Shown piece by piece: positions 27,191-35,783 of a stretch of 64,000 bases of DNA. Made by a program: the position numbers and the translations under genes. Numbering within the stretch: position 1 is the stretch's first letter; each line of letters starts with the position of its first letter. The stretch is taken from the NCBI GenBank assembly GCA_944381215.1, contig CALWKF010000006.1, forward strand, positions 6,473 to 70,472, read 5' to 3'. Origin of the DNA: an uncultured Clostridia bacterium. Lineage in GTDB: Bacteria; Bacillota; Clostridia; Christensenellales; UBA1242. A model generated the notes under the pieces. It was not told where the DNA came from, did no database searches, and saw only the letters and a list, made by a program, of their open reading frames with translations.

Positions 27191-28447
27191 ACCCGCTTCA
27201 CGCCTGATGTTTGCGCCGAGTTCGTTTAGTCTAATGTCGAGGTCCTGGTAACCGCGTTCGATGTGGTGAATGTCGTTTACGGTCGTGTACCCGTTTGCAC
27301 AGAGTCCAGCCAGCACTAGGCTCGCGCCACCGCGGAGGTCCTTTGCATACACTTCGGCACCGCTGAGGCCCTCCACCCCCTCGACAAACGCACTCAATCC
27401 TCGCACGCGCACGCGGGCACCCATTTTGATGAGTTCGGGCACGAATTTAAAGCGCGACTCGAAAATGTTTTCGTGCACCACGCACGTGCCACGGCTCACG
27501 GTCTCGAGGGTCAAGAGTTGCGCCTGCAAGTCCGTTGGGAAGCCTGGATAGACCTGCGTTTCGATTAGGCCGACGCTTTTGAGAGTTTTGGGACTCTTTA
27601 AGTAAATTTTATCACTTTTTGCCCTCAAAAAGCAACCAGATACACGCAATTTATCGATTAAACTTGCAAAAATTGAGGGGTTTACCCCGCTAACCTCGAT
27701 TTCACCGTGGGTTATGGCGGTGGCGATTAGATATGTACCGGCGATTATGCGGTCGCCAATGGGGGTATATTCGGTACCAACAAGGTGGCTAACTGGTTCG
27801 ATTTCGATTGTGTCAGTGCCCGCCCCGTAGATTCGCGCGCCCATTTTGTTTAGAAAATTGCACATATCCACAATTTCGGGCTCGCGGGCGCAGTTTTGAA
27901 TCACCACGCGCTCCTTACCCAGCACCGCACAAAGCACGAGGTTTTCGGTCGCCCCAACGCTCGCAAAGTCGAGGGTAATCGTTCCGCCGTGGAGATTGGA
28001 TGCGTCGCAGTTCAGTATGCCGTGGCTCTCGGTAATCTTTACGCCCATGTCGCGGAGGCCTTTTAGATGCAAATCAATTGGCCTGAGGCCTATATCGCAA
28101 CCGCCTGGATACGCGACCCGCGCCCGCTTAAACCGCCCCAGCAGTGCCCCGAGTGTGAAGATTGAGGAGCGCAGAAGTTTTGCCACCTCGACTGGCACAA
28201 AACCCGCCGAAGCCGATTCCGCGTTGATTATAAGTGTGCCGTTTTCGTGCTTGACCACGATACCCAAACGCTCCAAAATTGCGCACATATTGACGACATC
28301 GGTAAATCTTGGTGCGCGGAAAAGCGTAATGTCGCCGTGCTCACATAAAATAGCACTAGCAAGAATCGGCAAGTACGCGTTTTTTGCGCATTCGACCGCA
28401 ACATTCCCCTCAAGTCTCGCCCCGCCATTAATTATGTATTTACTCAA
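27179..28447 (-). CDS. murA: UDP-N-acetylglucosamine 1-carboxyvinyltransferase
   Basis: Full-length MurA similarity (KNAYLPILAS, the active-site loop region PGGCDIGLRPIDLH, FPTDLQAQ). The likely start is the TTG at 28447, with a GGGAGGGG RBS 6 nt upstream. Confidence 0.92.
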   Translation of the reverse strand: MSKYIINGGARLEGNVAVECAKNAYLPILASAILCEHGDITLFRAPRFTDVVNMCAILERLGIVVKHENGTLIINAESASAGFVPVEVAKLLRSSIFTLGALLGRFKRARVAYPGGCDIGLRPIDLHLKGLRDMGVKITESHGILNCDASNLHGGTITLDFASVGATENLVLCAVLGKERVVIQNCAREPEIVDMCNFLNKMGARIYGAGTDTIEIEPVSHLVGTEYTPIGDRIIAGTYLIATAITHGEIEVSGVNPSIFASLIDKLRVSGCFLRAKSDKIYLKSPKTLKSVGLIETQVYPGFPTDLQAQLLTLETVSRGTCVVHENIFESRFKFVPELIKMGARVRVRGLSAFVEGVEGLSGAEVYAKDLRGGASLVLAGLCANGYTTVNDIHHIERGYQDLDIRLNELGANIRREAGGGA

Positions 28448-28475
28448 AAAAAGCCCCTCCCATATCACAGTTTTT

Positions 28476-28513
28476 AGGCGATTAAATGTAAAAACAATTT
28501 ATTTTAATCGCCT
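28476..28513 (-). other. 11-bp-stem hairpin in the murA 5' leader
   Basis: AGGCGATTAAA-16 nt-TTTAATCGCCT, about 15 nt upstream of the murA RBS. No U-run follows it on either strand. Confidence 0.5.
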
Positions 28514-28624
28514 CTATTATCAATATACTATAATATGGTTATAAGGGCCTTTTGGTGAGTGTGTCTTCGTCGAGTAGCCTCGCGCGCGATAATGGTAGGT
28601 TGTAAAAGTTGAATTTATACGGAC

Positions 28625-28654
28625 TTTTTTATCGGGAGTGCGCCTTCGCACTAG
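28625..28654 (-). repeat. isolated inverted copy of the GTGCG-hairpin/CCGATAA repeat
   Basis: The reverse complement of TTTTTTATCGGGAGTGCGCCTTCGCACTAG contains GTGCGAAGGCGCACTCCCGATAAAA, which is near-identical to the unit at 26854. Confidence 0.8.
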
Positions 28655-28657
28655 ATA

Positions 28658-29533
28658 CTACCTAGACTTGATTTTAAAATATGCAAGCCATGCCCTATAA
28701 TTATCCTGCGCGGAACGGCAGGTGTCAAGGAGATAGCCTGGCTCTTGCTCCCACTCGGCGAGCCCGCGGTAGTAGTAAAACTTGTTGCGGTCTTCGATAA
28801 TAAAGGGAACGATGTTGTGCCTCAAACACTCGCGAAACATAATGAGCCTGCCCACCCTGCCGTTGCCCTCTTGAAAGGGATGAATCGCCTCAAAATCGTG
28901 GTGAAAGCGTACGATGTCCTCGAATGTCGGGGTCGATTTGTGGTAAGCACTCAGCAATTCCTGCATTTTTTCCTCGACCAATTCAGGAGGACTCGTAGGT
29001 TTGCCCCCGACCTCGTTTGGCAAGGCCTTGTACTCGCCCACTCTAAACCACTCAAGCCCGCTGTCATGGGTGCCAGTTTTTAGAATTTTGTGCATAGTTT
29101 TTATTATATTTTGGGTCAAAGGCTCGGCAATACCTTTTAGCATTTCATCAAAACAGCGGAAGTGATTGTTGGTTTCAATTATGTCGTCGACCTTGATTCC
29201 AGAACCCTCTCCCACTGTGCGCGTTTCGAAAATTAGGCGCGTTTGCTCCTCAGTTAGCGTGCTACCCTCGATGTGGTTTGAGTTGTAAGCGAGCGCAATT
29301 TGAGTCTTGTGGTAAATTCCGCCCGAAATGCCCGCAGTTAGCTCAGCGGTTAAGCGGTCGAGCAAGGCGTTTTTGATTGCGTTCCGCGTCGATTTCGGGC
29401 AGGTTGCGCCCTCGGGAATCAGCCAGGTACCGCCCTTTTTCACGGCGCCCGCGATTTTGCCCTGCATGCAGTATTCCCTCACGGTGCGCTCAGCCACTCC
29501 AAAAATTTCTGCAAACTCCTTGATTGTTAGCAT
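28658..29533 (-). CDS. Fic-domain protein (AMPylase family) with N-terminal MerR/excisionase-type HTH
   Basis: Fic motif HPFQEGNGRVGR, an upstream SNHIEG (SxxxEG) auto-inhibition-type motif and an N-terminal HTH (LTIKEFAEIFGVAERTVREYCMQGKI). I moved the start to the ATG at 29533, which has a GGAG RBS. Confidence 0.85.
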   Translation of the reverse strand: MLTIKEFAEIFGVAERTVREYCMQGKIAGAVKKGGTWLIPEGATCPKSTRNAIKNALLDRLTAELTAGISGGIYHKTQIALAYNSNHIEGSTLTEEQTRLIFETRTVGEGSGIKVDDIIETNNHFRCFDEMLKGIAEPLTQNIIKTMHKILKTGTHDSGLEWFRVGEYKALPNEVGGKPTSPPELVEEKMQELLSAYHKSTPTFEDIVRFHHDFEAIHPFQEGNGRVGRLIMFRECLRHNIVPFIIEDRNKFYYYRGLAEWEQEPGYLLDTCRSAQDNYRAWLAYFKIKSR

Positions 29534-29824
29534 AATTAACTCCTTTTTTAATTTTAAATTAGTTTTCGCTACTGTATTTATAATAACTATTAGTCCCCTA
29601 TATTTATAAAAAGGTTTCTTCATTTTTATTTAAGAATATTTCGCTTCCTTTAATAATTATATGCCGTAATCGGCAAAATGTCAACACTTTTTCCGCCGTA
29701 ATCGGCAAGAAAGGGTAATATTTTAGGTTGTTTTTTTATAAAAGTGCATTTAAGGTAAGGCAAAAATAAAACAAGGCTAAAAAGTCTTGCTTTATAAAAT
29801 TTTATAGTATAATATTGGGGTATT

Positions 29825-31885
29825 TTAGCCGAAAGTGTCGCCGGTGTTGTCGGTGGAGTCCTCAAGATTTGAGGTGTCTCGCGGGGTGAAGTGAGCAATT
29901 ATTAGTTTGTTGTCCACATCAGCAATAGGGATGTCGCAACTTGCGCTAGTGCTGATTAGTTGGTTGTCGCCGTAAGTGTACCAGCCTGCGAATTCATAGC
30001 CCGAGTATGCAACAGCGGTCAAGTGAATCGTGGTCATGTCCTCACTATAGCCCGAAATGCGTGCTTCCCCACCGCTTTGCGCAGTGACCGCCACCCCGTC
30101 CATTAGGCCACTAGAAAATACGGCGGTCAAAGTTGTGTCGGTGCTCCCCACTGTGAAAGTAAGCGGGTTATCCGTAAAAATACTACCCGTGGCATCATCC
30201 AGCCAATAGAGGAAGGCATACCCCGCGTTTATGCACGCAATCAACTCGGTTATCTCATCCCCTTCTTTTTGTTGTAGTTGAATGGAGTCTACAAGTTGAC
30301 CATTTACTATTATTCGACCAAGACTAGCATCATTTGTGCGAATTAGGATGTTTTTCGGTATTATCTCAAAAATTGCAGTATATGTTGCGTTGCCTGTAAC
30401 TGTAAAAGTATGCGGGTTTGCAGTAATATCGGCGGTTTTATCTCCATTTGTGTCCCAGCCGATAAATTGATATCCCGTGTTTGCGGTGGCGGAAATTGTG
30501 GCAGTGGCGCCATAGTCGTATGTACCTCCGCCCGTGACTGAGCCAGCACCAGAGATATTAATTGTTGTCCTAATCGTGCATGGAATAGGCTCAAAAATTG
30601 CGGTATATGTGTAACTTTCTGATACTGTAAATGTATAGTTTGCGCTAGTAGATACTTGAGAGCCATCTCGCTCCCAACGAACAAAACGGTAACCAGTATT
30701 TGGAGTGGCACGGAGAGTAATAGAATCACCATTATGATAAGTTCCCCCACCCGAGACTGTGCCGTAATTTGTATTATTTGATTGTGCGGTAATTGTGTAC
30801 TCAATTAGACTGTTTGCGGCCTTGTCAAGATTTAAGTGAAGCGCTGCCCGCACGCCGTAGCTAGTGTAGACATAGGCGTTAAAAGAGCTGGAGCCGGAGA
30901 AATCAAGGCTGTAAGCAATGGCGGAATAACTAGAGTAACCAGACCGCGACCACCAATTAATAGAAGCTGAACGTTCTGTTGTGGATAACTCCCAAAAACC
31001 CAACTTAGAATTACGTGTACCTGTCTCTGAAAGGCTGGGTAGCCACAAATAGTCATTCCCCCATTGGGTGTAATATGTTTTAGTTTGATAAGTATATGAA
31101 GTACTGTTTTGATTCCAGCCTGTATTTATATTGGTAGATAATGATTCATTGTTTAGAGTGCATCCAGCTGGGTTAGCACTGCCTGTTAGTTGGGCTTGGG
31201 TTTGATACCATACATTTTTAGGCTGAACAAGATAGTCTGTTAGACCTCGAGAGTCTACAGTAAAGAGCGCATATTTGTGGGAAGATCTTTTAGTTGCTTG
31301 AGTTACACTTGTAGGATTTGCGGTATCGGTGGTAATATTTACATATGGTCCACCATTATTTAGAGTTACTGCACGAATGTGGCTAGTACCATACATACTG
31401 GTGGGATAGCCATTTACAAAGTCATTTGGGCCATAGTTAGAACTACTATCTCCGTATGTTGCAGTGCCATCGTTGTTAACCATTAAGAGTGTGGCTATAC
31501 GATCACCACTGGTGTTGTTGGTGCGAGTTAAGTATACGACTTGCCACTGGTAGTTTCCTAGTTGAACAACGACCGCTCTACCACTAGATTTACCACCGTA
31601 AGTGTAGCCTCGAATATCTGCGGCGGTCCGCCGACTCGTATTTACCCCACTAATTGTACCATTACTCGATATGTAACTTAATAATTTATTAAAATTTGTT
31701 TCATTAAAAGACCTTGTGCTACTATTCCATAGTTGCGGAACTGTAACTGCGTTCGAACTACTTACACTGGTAAATGCGTTTACACTATCTTTTGGGAAAA
31801 ATAAAAAAGCGGTTAATAGTGTGGTTATACAGAAAATGCTAGCAAGTATTATCATTATGCTTGTTTTTGCTTTTGAAAACCTCAC
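29825..31885 (-). CDS. secreted/surface protein: DUF6273-like N-terminal domain + four divergent InlB B-repeat units
   Basis: 686-aa ORF with a GTG start and a GGGAGGG RBS, plus a signal/anchor (IMIILASIFCITTLLTAFLFF). It has a WWSRSG...YGVRAALHLNL motif. Repeat units contain GYRFVRW, GYQFIGW, GYAFLYW and GYEFAGW. The C-terminal ~90 aa are paralogous to the C-terminus of the 7911..10487 protein. Confidence 0.8.
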   Translation of the reverse strand: MRFSKAKTSIMIILASIFCITTLLTAFLFFPKDSVNAFTSVSSSNAVTVPQLWNSSTRSFNETNFNKLLSYISSNGTISGVNTSRRTAADIRGYTYGGKSSGRAVVVQLGNYQWQVVYLTRTNNTSGDRIATLLMVNNDGTATYGDSSSNYGPNDFVNGYPTSMYGTSHIRAVTLNNGGPYVNITTDTANPTSVTQATKRSSHKYALFTVDSRGLTDYLVQPKNVWYQTQAQLTGSANPAGCTLNNESLSTNINTGWNQNSTSYTYQTKTYYTQWGNDYLWLPSLSETGTRNSKLGFWELSTTERSASINWWSRSGYSSYSAIAYSLDFSGSSSFNAYVYTSYGVRAALHLNLDKAANSLIEYTITAQSNNTNYGTVSGGGTYHNGDSITLRATPNTGYRFVRWERDGSQVSTSANYTFTVSESYTYTAIFEPIPCTIRTTINISGAGSVTGGGTYDYGATATISATANTGYQFIGWDTNGDKTADITANPHTFTVTGNATYTAIFEIIPKNILIRTNDASLGRIIVNGQLVDSIQLQQKEGDEITELIACINAGYAFLYWLDDATGSIFTDNPLTFTVGSTDTTLTAVFSSGLMDGVAVTAQSGGEARISGYSEDMTTIHLTAVAYSGYEFAGWYTYGDNQLISTSASCDIPIADVDNKLIIAHFTPRDTSNLEDSTDNTGDTFG

Positions 31886-32383
31886 AAGCGCGCCCTCCCC
31901 TTTTAGTTTTTTAGATAATTATTTTAAATTTTTAAATGTTTTTGATTAATAAATAAAATGTTATTTTAAATGTTAAGGCAAGTAAGCAAATAAATCATAT
32001 TTTAGAGTATGTAAAAATGCGTTTTTAATAGTTGCTCGCCACTAATTTATTGGTAGTTTGTGTAAAATTTGATAAGTTACGCAATTTTTGTTATAAAATT
32101 TAAATCTATGCCACAAAAAATCAACAAAGCGTATAAAATTTGCTTAATATTAATTTTATATAGATATTCTATATAAGTCAAATTTTTAGTTTGATAAATT
32201 CATAAATCACTTTGTAAAAAAATGTAAATTGATTAACAGCCTTTAAAAAAGGGCTATATTTTTTACATTTTTATTAGAACTAATGCCACTCACAATAACT
32301 CTACATTTTTACCTCTTTTTATTAGATTAGTGATTTTTTGAGTTGTTATATTAAAATTTTATATATAATTGAGGTTGAAGTCA

Positions 32384-32421
32384 AGCAATTTTTGCTATTT
32401 TGTAGCAAAAATTGCTATAAA
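32384..32421 (+). promoter_or_regulatory. perfect 14-bp inverted repeat overlapping a TTGCTA-18 nt-TATAAA promoter upstream of the XRE gene
   Basis: AGCAATTTTTGCTA-ttttg-TAGCAAAAATTGCT at 32384..32416. The -35 TTGCTA (32392..32397) lies in the left arm and the -10 TATAAA is at 32416..32421. An extra half-site TTTTTGCTA lies at 32429..32437. Confidence 0.6.
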
Positions 32422-32457
32422 TAAGTATTTTTTGCTAAAATTTGGTAACATAAAGAT

Positions 32458-32661
32458 ATGGAAAAATTTGATTTTGGTAAAAAATTAAGGCAAGCAAGGA
32501 TGCTTTGCTATTTATCACAAGCAGACTTAGCAAAGAAAATGGGAGTGCCTGCGTACACTATCAGCAACTGGGAGCAAGGCAGGTCTGAGCCTTGTATCGA
32601 GGACATTCGGCGACTTTGCGAAGTCTTGCGCATCACCGCCTCCGACCTACTAGAAATTTAG
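32458..32661 (+). CDS. XRE-family HTH transcriptional regulator (67 aa, HTH only)
   Basis: The classic HTH_3 sequence LRQARMLCYLSQADLAKKMGVPAYTISNWEQGRSEP. Confidence 0.8.
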   Translation: MEKFDFGKKLRQARMLCYLSQADLAKKMGVPAYTISNWEQGRSEPCIEDIRRLCEVLRITASDLLEI

Positions 32662-32793
32662 CCTATGCTATGATTCCACTATGCCCTCACCTATATATAA
32701 AATAATAGTTAAAAACAACAATCTCACAACCTAACCCCTTACCGAAATCTAGTCTGTTCTATTACGCAATCATCTTATTACATACAAAATACA

Positions 32794-32893
32794 ATAGATT
32801 CTTCGTCTTAGGCTACGCGGGTCGAGGCTCAAAGGTTTTTTAGAGGAATAGATCCTTCGTCTAAAGGCGCTGCGGGTCGACACTCAGGATGAC
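32794..32893 (+). repeat. mosaic repeat locus C (two DR units, no X/Y insert)
   Basis: A degenerate unit (AATAGATTCTTCGTCTTAGGCTACGCGGGTCGAGGCTCAAAGG) followed by an intact unit (GGAATAGATCCTTCGTCTAAAGGCGCTGCGGGTCGACACTCAGGATGAC). Confidence 0.85.
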
Positions 32894-33038
32894 AAAAATT
32901 TATTAGTATAAAAAGACCCAGCCGATGCTAGGTTTTTACTTATAATCAATGCCAGGGTTTTATCAATACTAGTTTTTTTACTTATAGTAAACATTTTGTA
33001 GTTTATATAAACTATACCATATTTGAGGGACTGAGTCG

Positions 33039-33689
33039 CTATTTTAAAATTGACAGCAAGTCCTCGAGGCTGGAGTACAGGTCTGCCTCTTCCTCGTCGA
33101 CATCGTCGCCCTTGGATGCCAAAATGTCCTCGATTTCGCCGACGAGTGCTTGGCGCTCTTGCAAGGCCTTATCGTCGTCCCCGAGCATTGCGGCACTACT
33201 ACGCTCCGAAATTGCGCGCAAGCGGTCAGACAGTTCTTTTTTCGAGAGCTTGCTGGGCTTTGCGTAGTGGACATTAAGTTGAATCTTCTGGTCGTACATG
33301 TGGTCGTTGCCGTCGGTTGTCTCAGTTGCGACGGTCAAAAGTTGCTTGCCATTAGCCCTTAGGAACGAAAGCAGAGGCACCAAGTCCCCGTCGCCCGCGA
33401 TGATTGCGTAGGCATCAATAAAGGGCTTTGTGTGGACCATGTTCACGGCGTCGATGATGATACGGGTGTCGAGTTGCGACTTAGCGCGTTTTTTGTAGCG
33501 CATAGTGGGCGTGCTCTCGAAGCCGTATTTCTCAATAACCTCGTCGAATTTGATGTGCTTGCGTTCGTTGAAGCCGTAGACCTTGCAGTAAGCAAGTTTT
33601 CCAGTTTTACTCACCTGCTCGATAATGTCCTTGAATACGGGCAAGCTGACCTTTGCGTTGTCAATGTCGATTAAAAGTGCGATTTGCAT
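33039..33689 (-). CDS. NYN-domain (LabA-like, PIN-related) protein with acidic C-terminal tail
   Basis: N-terminal IALLIDIDN and a central AIIAGDGDLVPLL, matching the NYN/LabA pattern. It has an AAGGAG RBS. Confidence 0.7.
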   Translation of the reverse strand: MQIALLIDIDNAKVSLPVFKDIIEQVSKTGKLAYCKVYGFNERKHIKFDEVIEKYGFESTPTMRYKKRAKSQLDTRIIIDAVNMVHTKPFIDAYAIIAGDGDLVPLLSFLRANGKQLLTVATETTDGNDHMYDQKIQLNVHYAKPSKLSKKELSDRLRAISERSSAAMLGDDDKALQERQALVGEIEDILASKGDDVDEEEADLYSSLEDLLSILK

Positions 33690-33699
33690 AATTTTCTCC

Positions 33700-34542
33700 T
33701 TAAATCAATGTGATATTTTTGCGCTTGTAGTAAAAGAGGTATTGTTGGCAGTAGCCACTGTCCGTGCCAAAGGTCGAGACAAAGTAGTCGGCAATGCGAT
33801 TTCGGCACGTTTCGGTCCCGTGGAAGTCCTCGTGGTAGACCTTGTCAATCCACGTGTCGACTGGAAAGACGTCGTACTTACCTAGCCCAAACAGCAGGAT
33901 GCAATCGGCGACCTTGGGCCCGACACCTTTTAAGGTTAATAGCGTTTTTCGAGCCTCGGCGGTGTCCATTTTCGGTAAATCTTCGAGTAGCGTGGTAGTG
34001 CTTAGCCTCGAAATAGTGTCGACTAAGTACGGGGCGCGGTAACCACAACCGAAGCGGGTAAAGTCCTCAACGCTAGCCTCAGCTAGCCTCTCTACATTAG
34101 GAAACGAGTAGCCCCACGGCCGTTTTTCACCGAATTTCTCGGCGATTTTATTCACGCTACCTTGGATGCGCGGGATGTTATTGTTTGCGGAAATTATAAA
34201 GGACACAATTACCTCAAACAGTGGCTGACGGAGCAACCTCACTCCACGACCGTAGTCGAGAGCGGGTCCTAATACCTCAAATTTTTTCAGCCTTGATAGT
34301 ATCATATCATAATTTGTGTCAAAATCAAAATATTTTACAAAGAAATTTGGATTTTCAGTGTTAATTATGTAATTTTGGGGGGCTATCTCGCTAATTTCGG
34401 CGCGATTGTCCCCCGAAATGACCCACCAAGTGCCATTTTCACGGCCGAAGCGGAACACCTGACCGCTAGTCAAGACTCCCTCGGGGGTAAAAGTGTCAGC
34501 ATTGGTTAAAATTATCTTGTCGTCTTCAACTTTGTATTCCAT
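33700..34542 (-). CDS. ogg: 8-oxoguanine DNA glycosylase (HhH-GPD family, Ogg type)
   Basis: HhH-GPD motif LKGVGPKVADCILLFG...FPVDTWI and an N-terminal OGG_N-like domain. It has an AAGGAG RBS. Confidence 0.8.
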   Translation of the reverse strand: MEYKVEDDKIILTNADTFTPEGVLTSGQVFRFGRENGTWWVISGDNRAEISEIAPQNYIINTENPNFFVKYFDFDTNYDMILSRLKKFEVLGPALDYGRGVRLLRQPLFEVIVSFIISANNNIPRIQGSVNKIAEKFGEKRPWGYSFPNVERLAEASVEDFTRFGCGYRAPYLVDTISRLSTTTLLEDLPKMDTAEARKTLLTLKGVGPKVADCILLFGLGKYDVFPVDTWIDKVYHEDFHGTETCRNRIADYFVSTFGTDSGYCQQYLFYYKRKNITLI

Positions 34543-34591
34543 TTGTGCTCCTTAAATTGCTTTTTGTGTCAAGGCCCTACTTAACTTGCAT

Positions 34592-34747
34592 AAAACTCTG
34601 CTCGATTTTTTAATATCTAGCAAAACTCCGCTAAAATAACCGCTTTTTAGCAAAAACTCTGCAAAATCATGCGAAAACTTGCTAATTTTGTGCAGAACTC
34701 TATTAATAATACCATGCGCAAGTCTGCCGGTATTGTCAAAAGTCCGC
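34592..34747 (+). repeat. cluster of seven iteron-like direct repeats, consensus (A)AAACTCYGC
   Basis: Copies at 34592 (AAAACTCTGC), 34622 (AAAACTCCGC), 34653 (AAAACTCTGC), 34674 (AAAACTTGC), 34693 (CAGAACTCTA), 34718 (GCAAGTCTGCC) and 34738 (AAAAGTCCGC), spaced 19-31 bp apart. One inverted copy (GCAGAGTTCT) lies at 35739. Confidence 0.75.
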
Positions 34748-34798
34748 TAATTTAATTGCACTTTGAAAAAGCACAATATTATATATAGGCTTATTAGT

Positions 34799-35581
34799 CT
34801 ATTTTTGGATGGGGCTTTTGGGGTCGAGCGGGACATCGAGTTTTTTGGTGGCGTAGTCGAGGAGCTCTTTTGACACGGTGGCGATTTGGATGCCGTTTTT
34901 CAATGTCACACAATGTAGGCCTGCGTTCTCGCACGCGAAGTAGCCTGGCAAGACGTCCCATGCGGGTGCCATGCGGTTTATAATTCCGCTAATTTTTCCC
35001 GCGAGTAAAAAGGTATATGTTACCGAACTGCACCCCAAACTCCTAGCCCCCAGGCAGTCGCGGTAAAGGTCGAGCCAAATTATCTCCTTTACCCTATTCC
35101 CGTCGACCAGCCACAGCGAGTGCTCAAGCGAAATTGGTTTTACTACGACCTTTTTGCCGTTTACGAAAGTGCCGACGCCCTTAATTGCCTTTACAAAATA
35201 ATGTAATGCAGGCACGTTGATAACGCTCGCCACGACCTCGCCATGCTCCACGTATGCGATTTGAAAGCCCCAAAACGGGAGCCCGTGGAAGAAGTTTTTT
35301 GTGCCGTCGATTGGGTCGATTACAAAGCACGAATCAGTCAAAGTGCTGTCGCTGTTAAACTCCTCACTAACCAAGTTTGCCTGCGGATAGGCACGCTTGA
35401 TTTTCTCAATACAGTGCTTCTCAATCATTAGGTCTATGTCGGTAACGATATCGTGGCCCGCCTTTTTACTTGCCTTGTCAGTAGCGTGTGTTGCGCCCGC
35501 TTTGTGCCTGCGAATAATGTGCTCGGCATCGTAGGCAAGTTTCTGCATAAAGTTTGCAACTTTTATAAAATTTGTGCTCAT
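34799..35581 (-). CDS. inositol monophosphatase family protein (SuhB/CysQ-like)
   Basis: IMPase motifs DIVTDIDL, VIDPIDGTKNF and the WDV region. I moved the start to the ATG at 35581 (MSTNFIK), which has a GGGGG RBS. Confidence 0.8.
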   Translation of the reverse strand: MSTNFIKVANFMQKLAYDAEHIIRRHKAGATHATDKASKKAGHDIVTDIDLMIEKHCIEKIKRAYPQANLVSEEFNSDSTLTDSCFVIDPIDGTKNFFHGLPFWGFQIAYVEHGEVVASVINVPALHYFVKAIKGVGTFVNGKKVVVKPISLEHSLWLVDGNRVKEIIWLDLYRDCLGARSLGCSSVTYTFLLAGKISGIINRMAPAWDVLPGYFACENAGLHCVTLKNGIQIATVSKELLDYATKKLDVPLDPKSPIQK

Positions 35582-35677
35582 ATTATCCCCCAATAGAATG
35601 ACAAAATTATACCACAAACTACAAAAAAACACAAAGGAAAATAGAGAAATTTTAAACTGCATTTTTTCGAAAACTAT

Positions 35678-35776
35678 TGCATAGTATATAAATTTTGCGT
35701 AATTTTTGCGAAAAATATAGTACTATGCAAAGTTTTATGCAGAGTTCTACCCCGTTTCGCGTAATTGCATAGTACT
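35678..35776. repeat. three copies of the TGCATAGTA(CT) motif in mixed orientation
   Basis: TGCATAGTA at 35678, ATAGTACTATGCA at 35717 and TGCATAGTACT at 35766. They directly abut mosaic locus D. Confidence 0.85.
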
Positions 35777-35783
35777 TAAATTA

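Noticed and set aside
31886-32457. An invertible promoter (inverton) controlling the surface-protein gene
   Set aside because: The only inverted repeat of note besides the XRE operator is the 11-bp pair at 32217/32263, which encloses just 35 bp. No recombinase gene is nearby. In ~25% GC DNA such short IRs are expected by chance.
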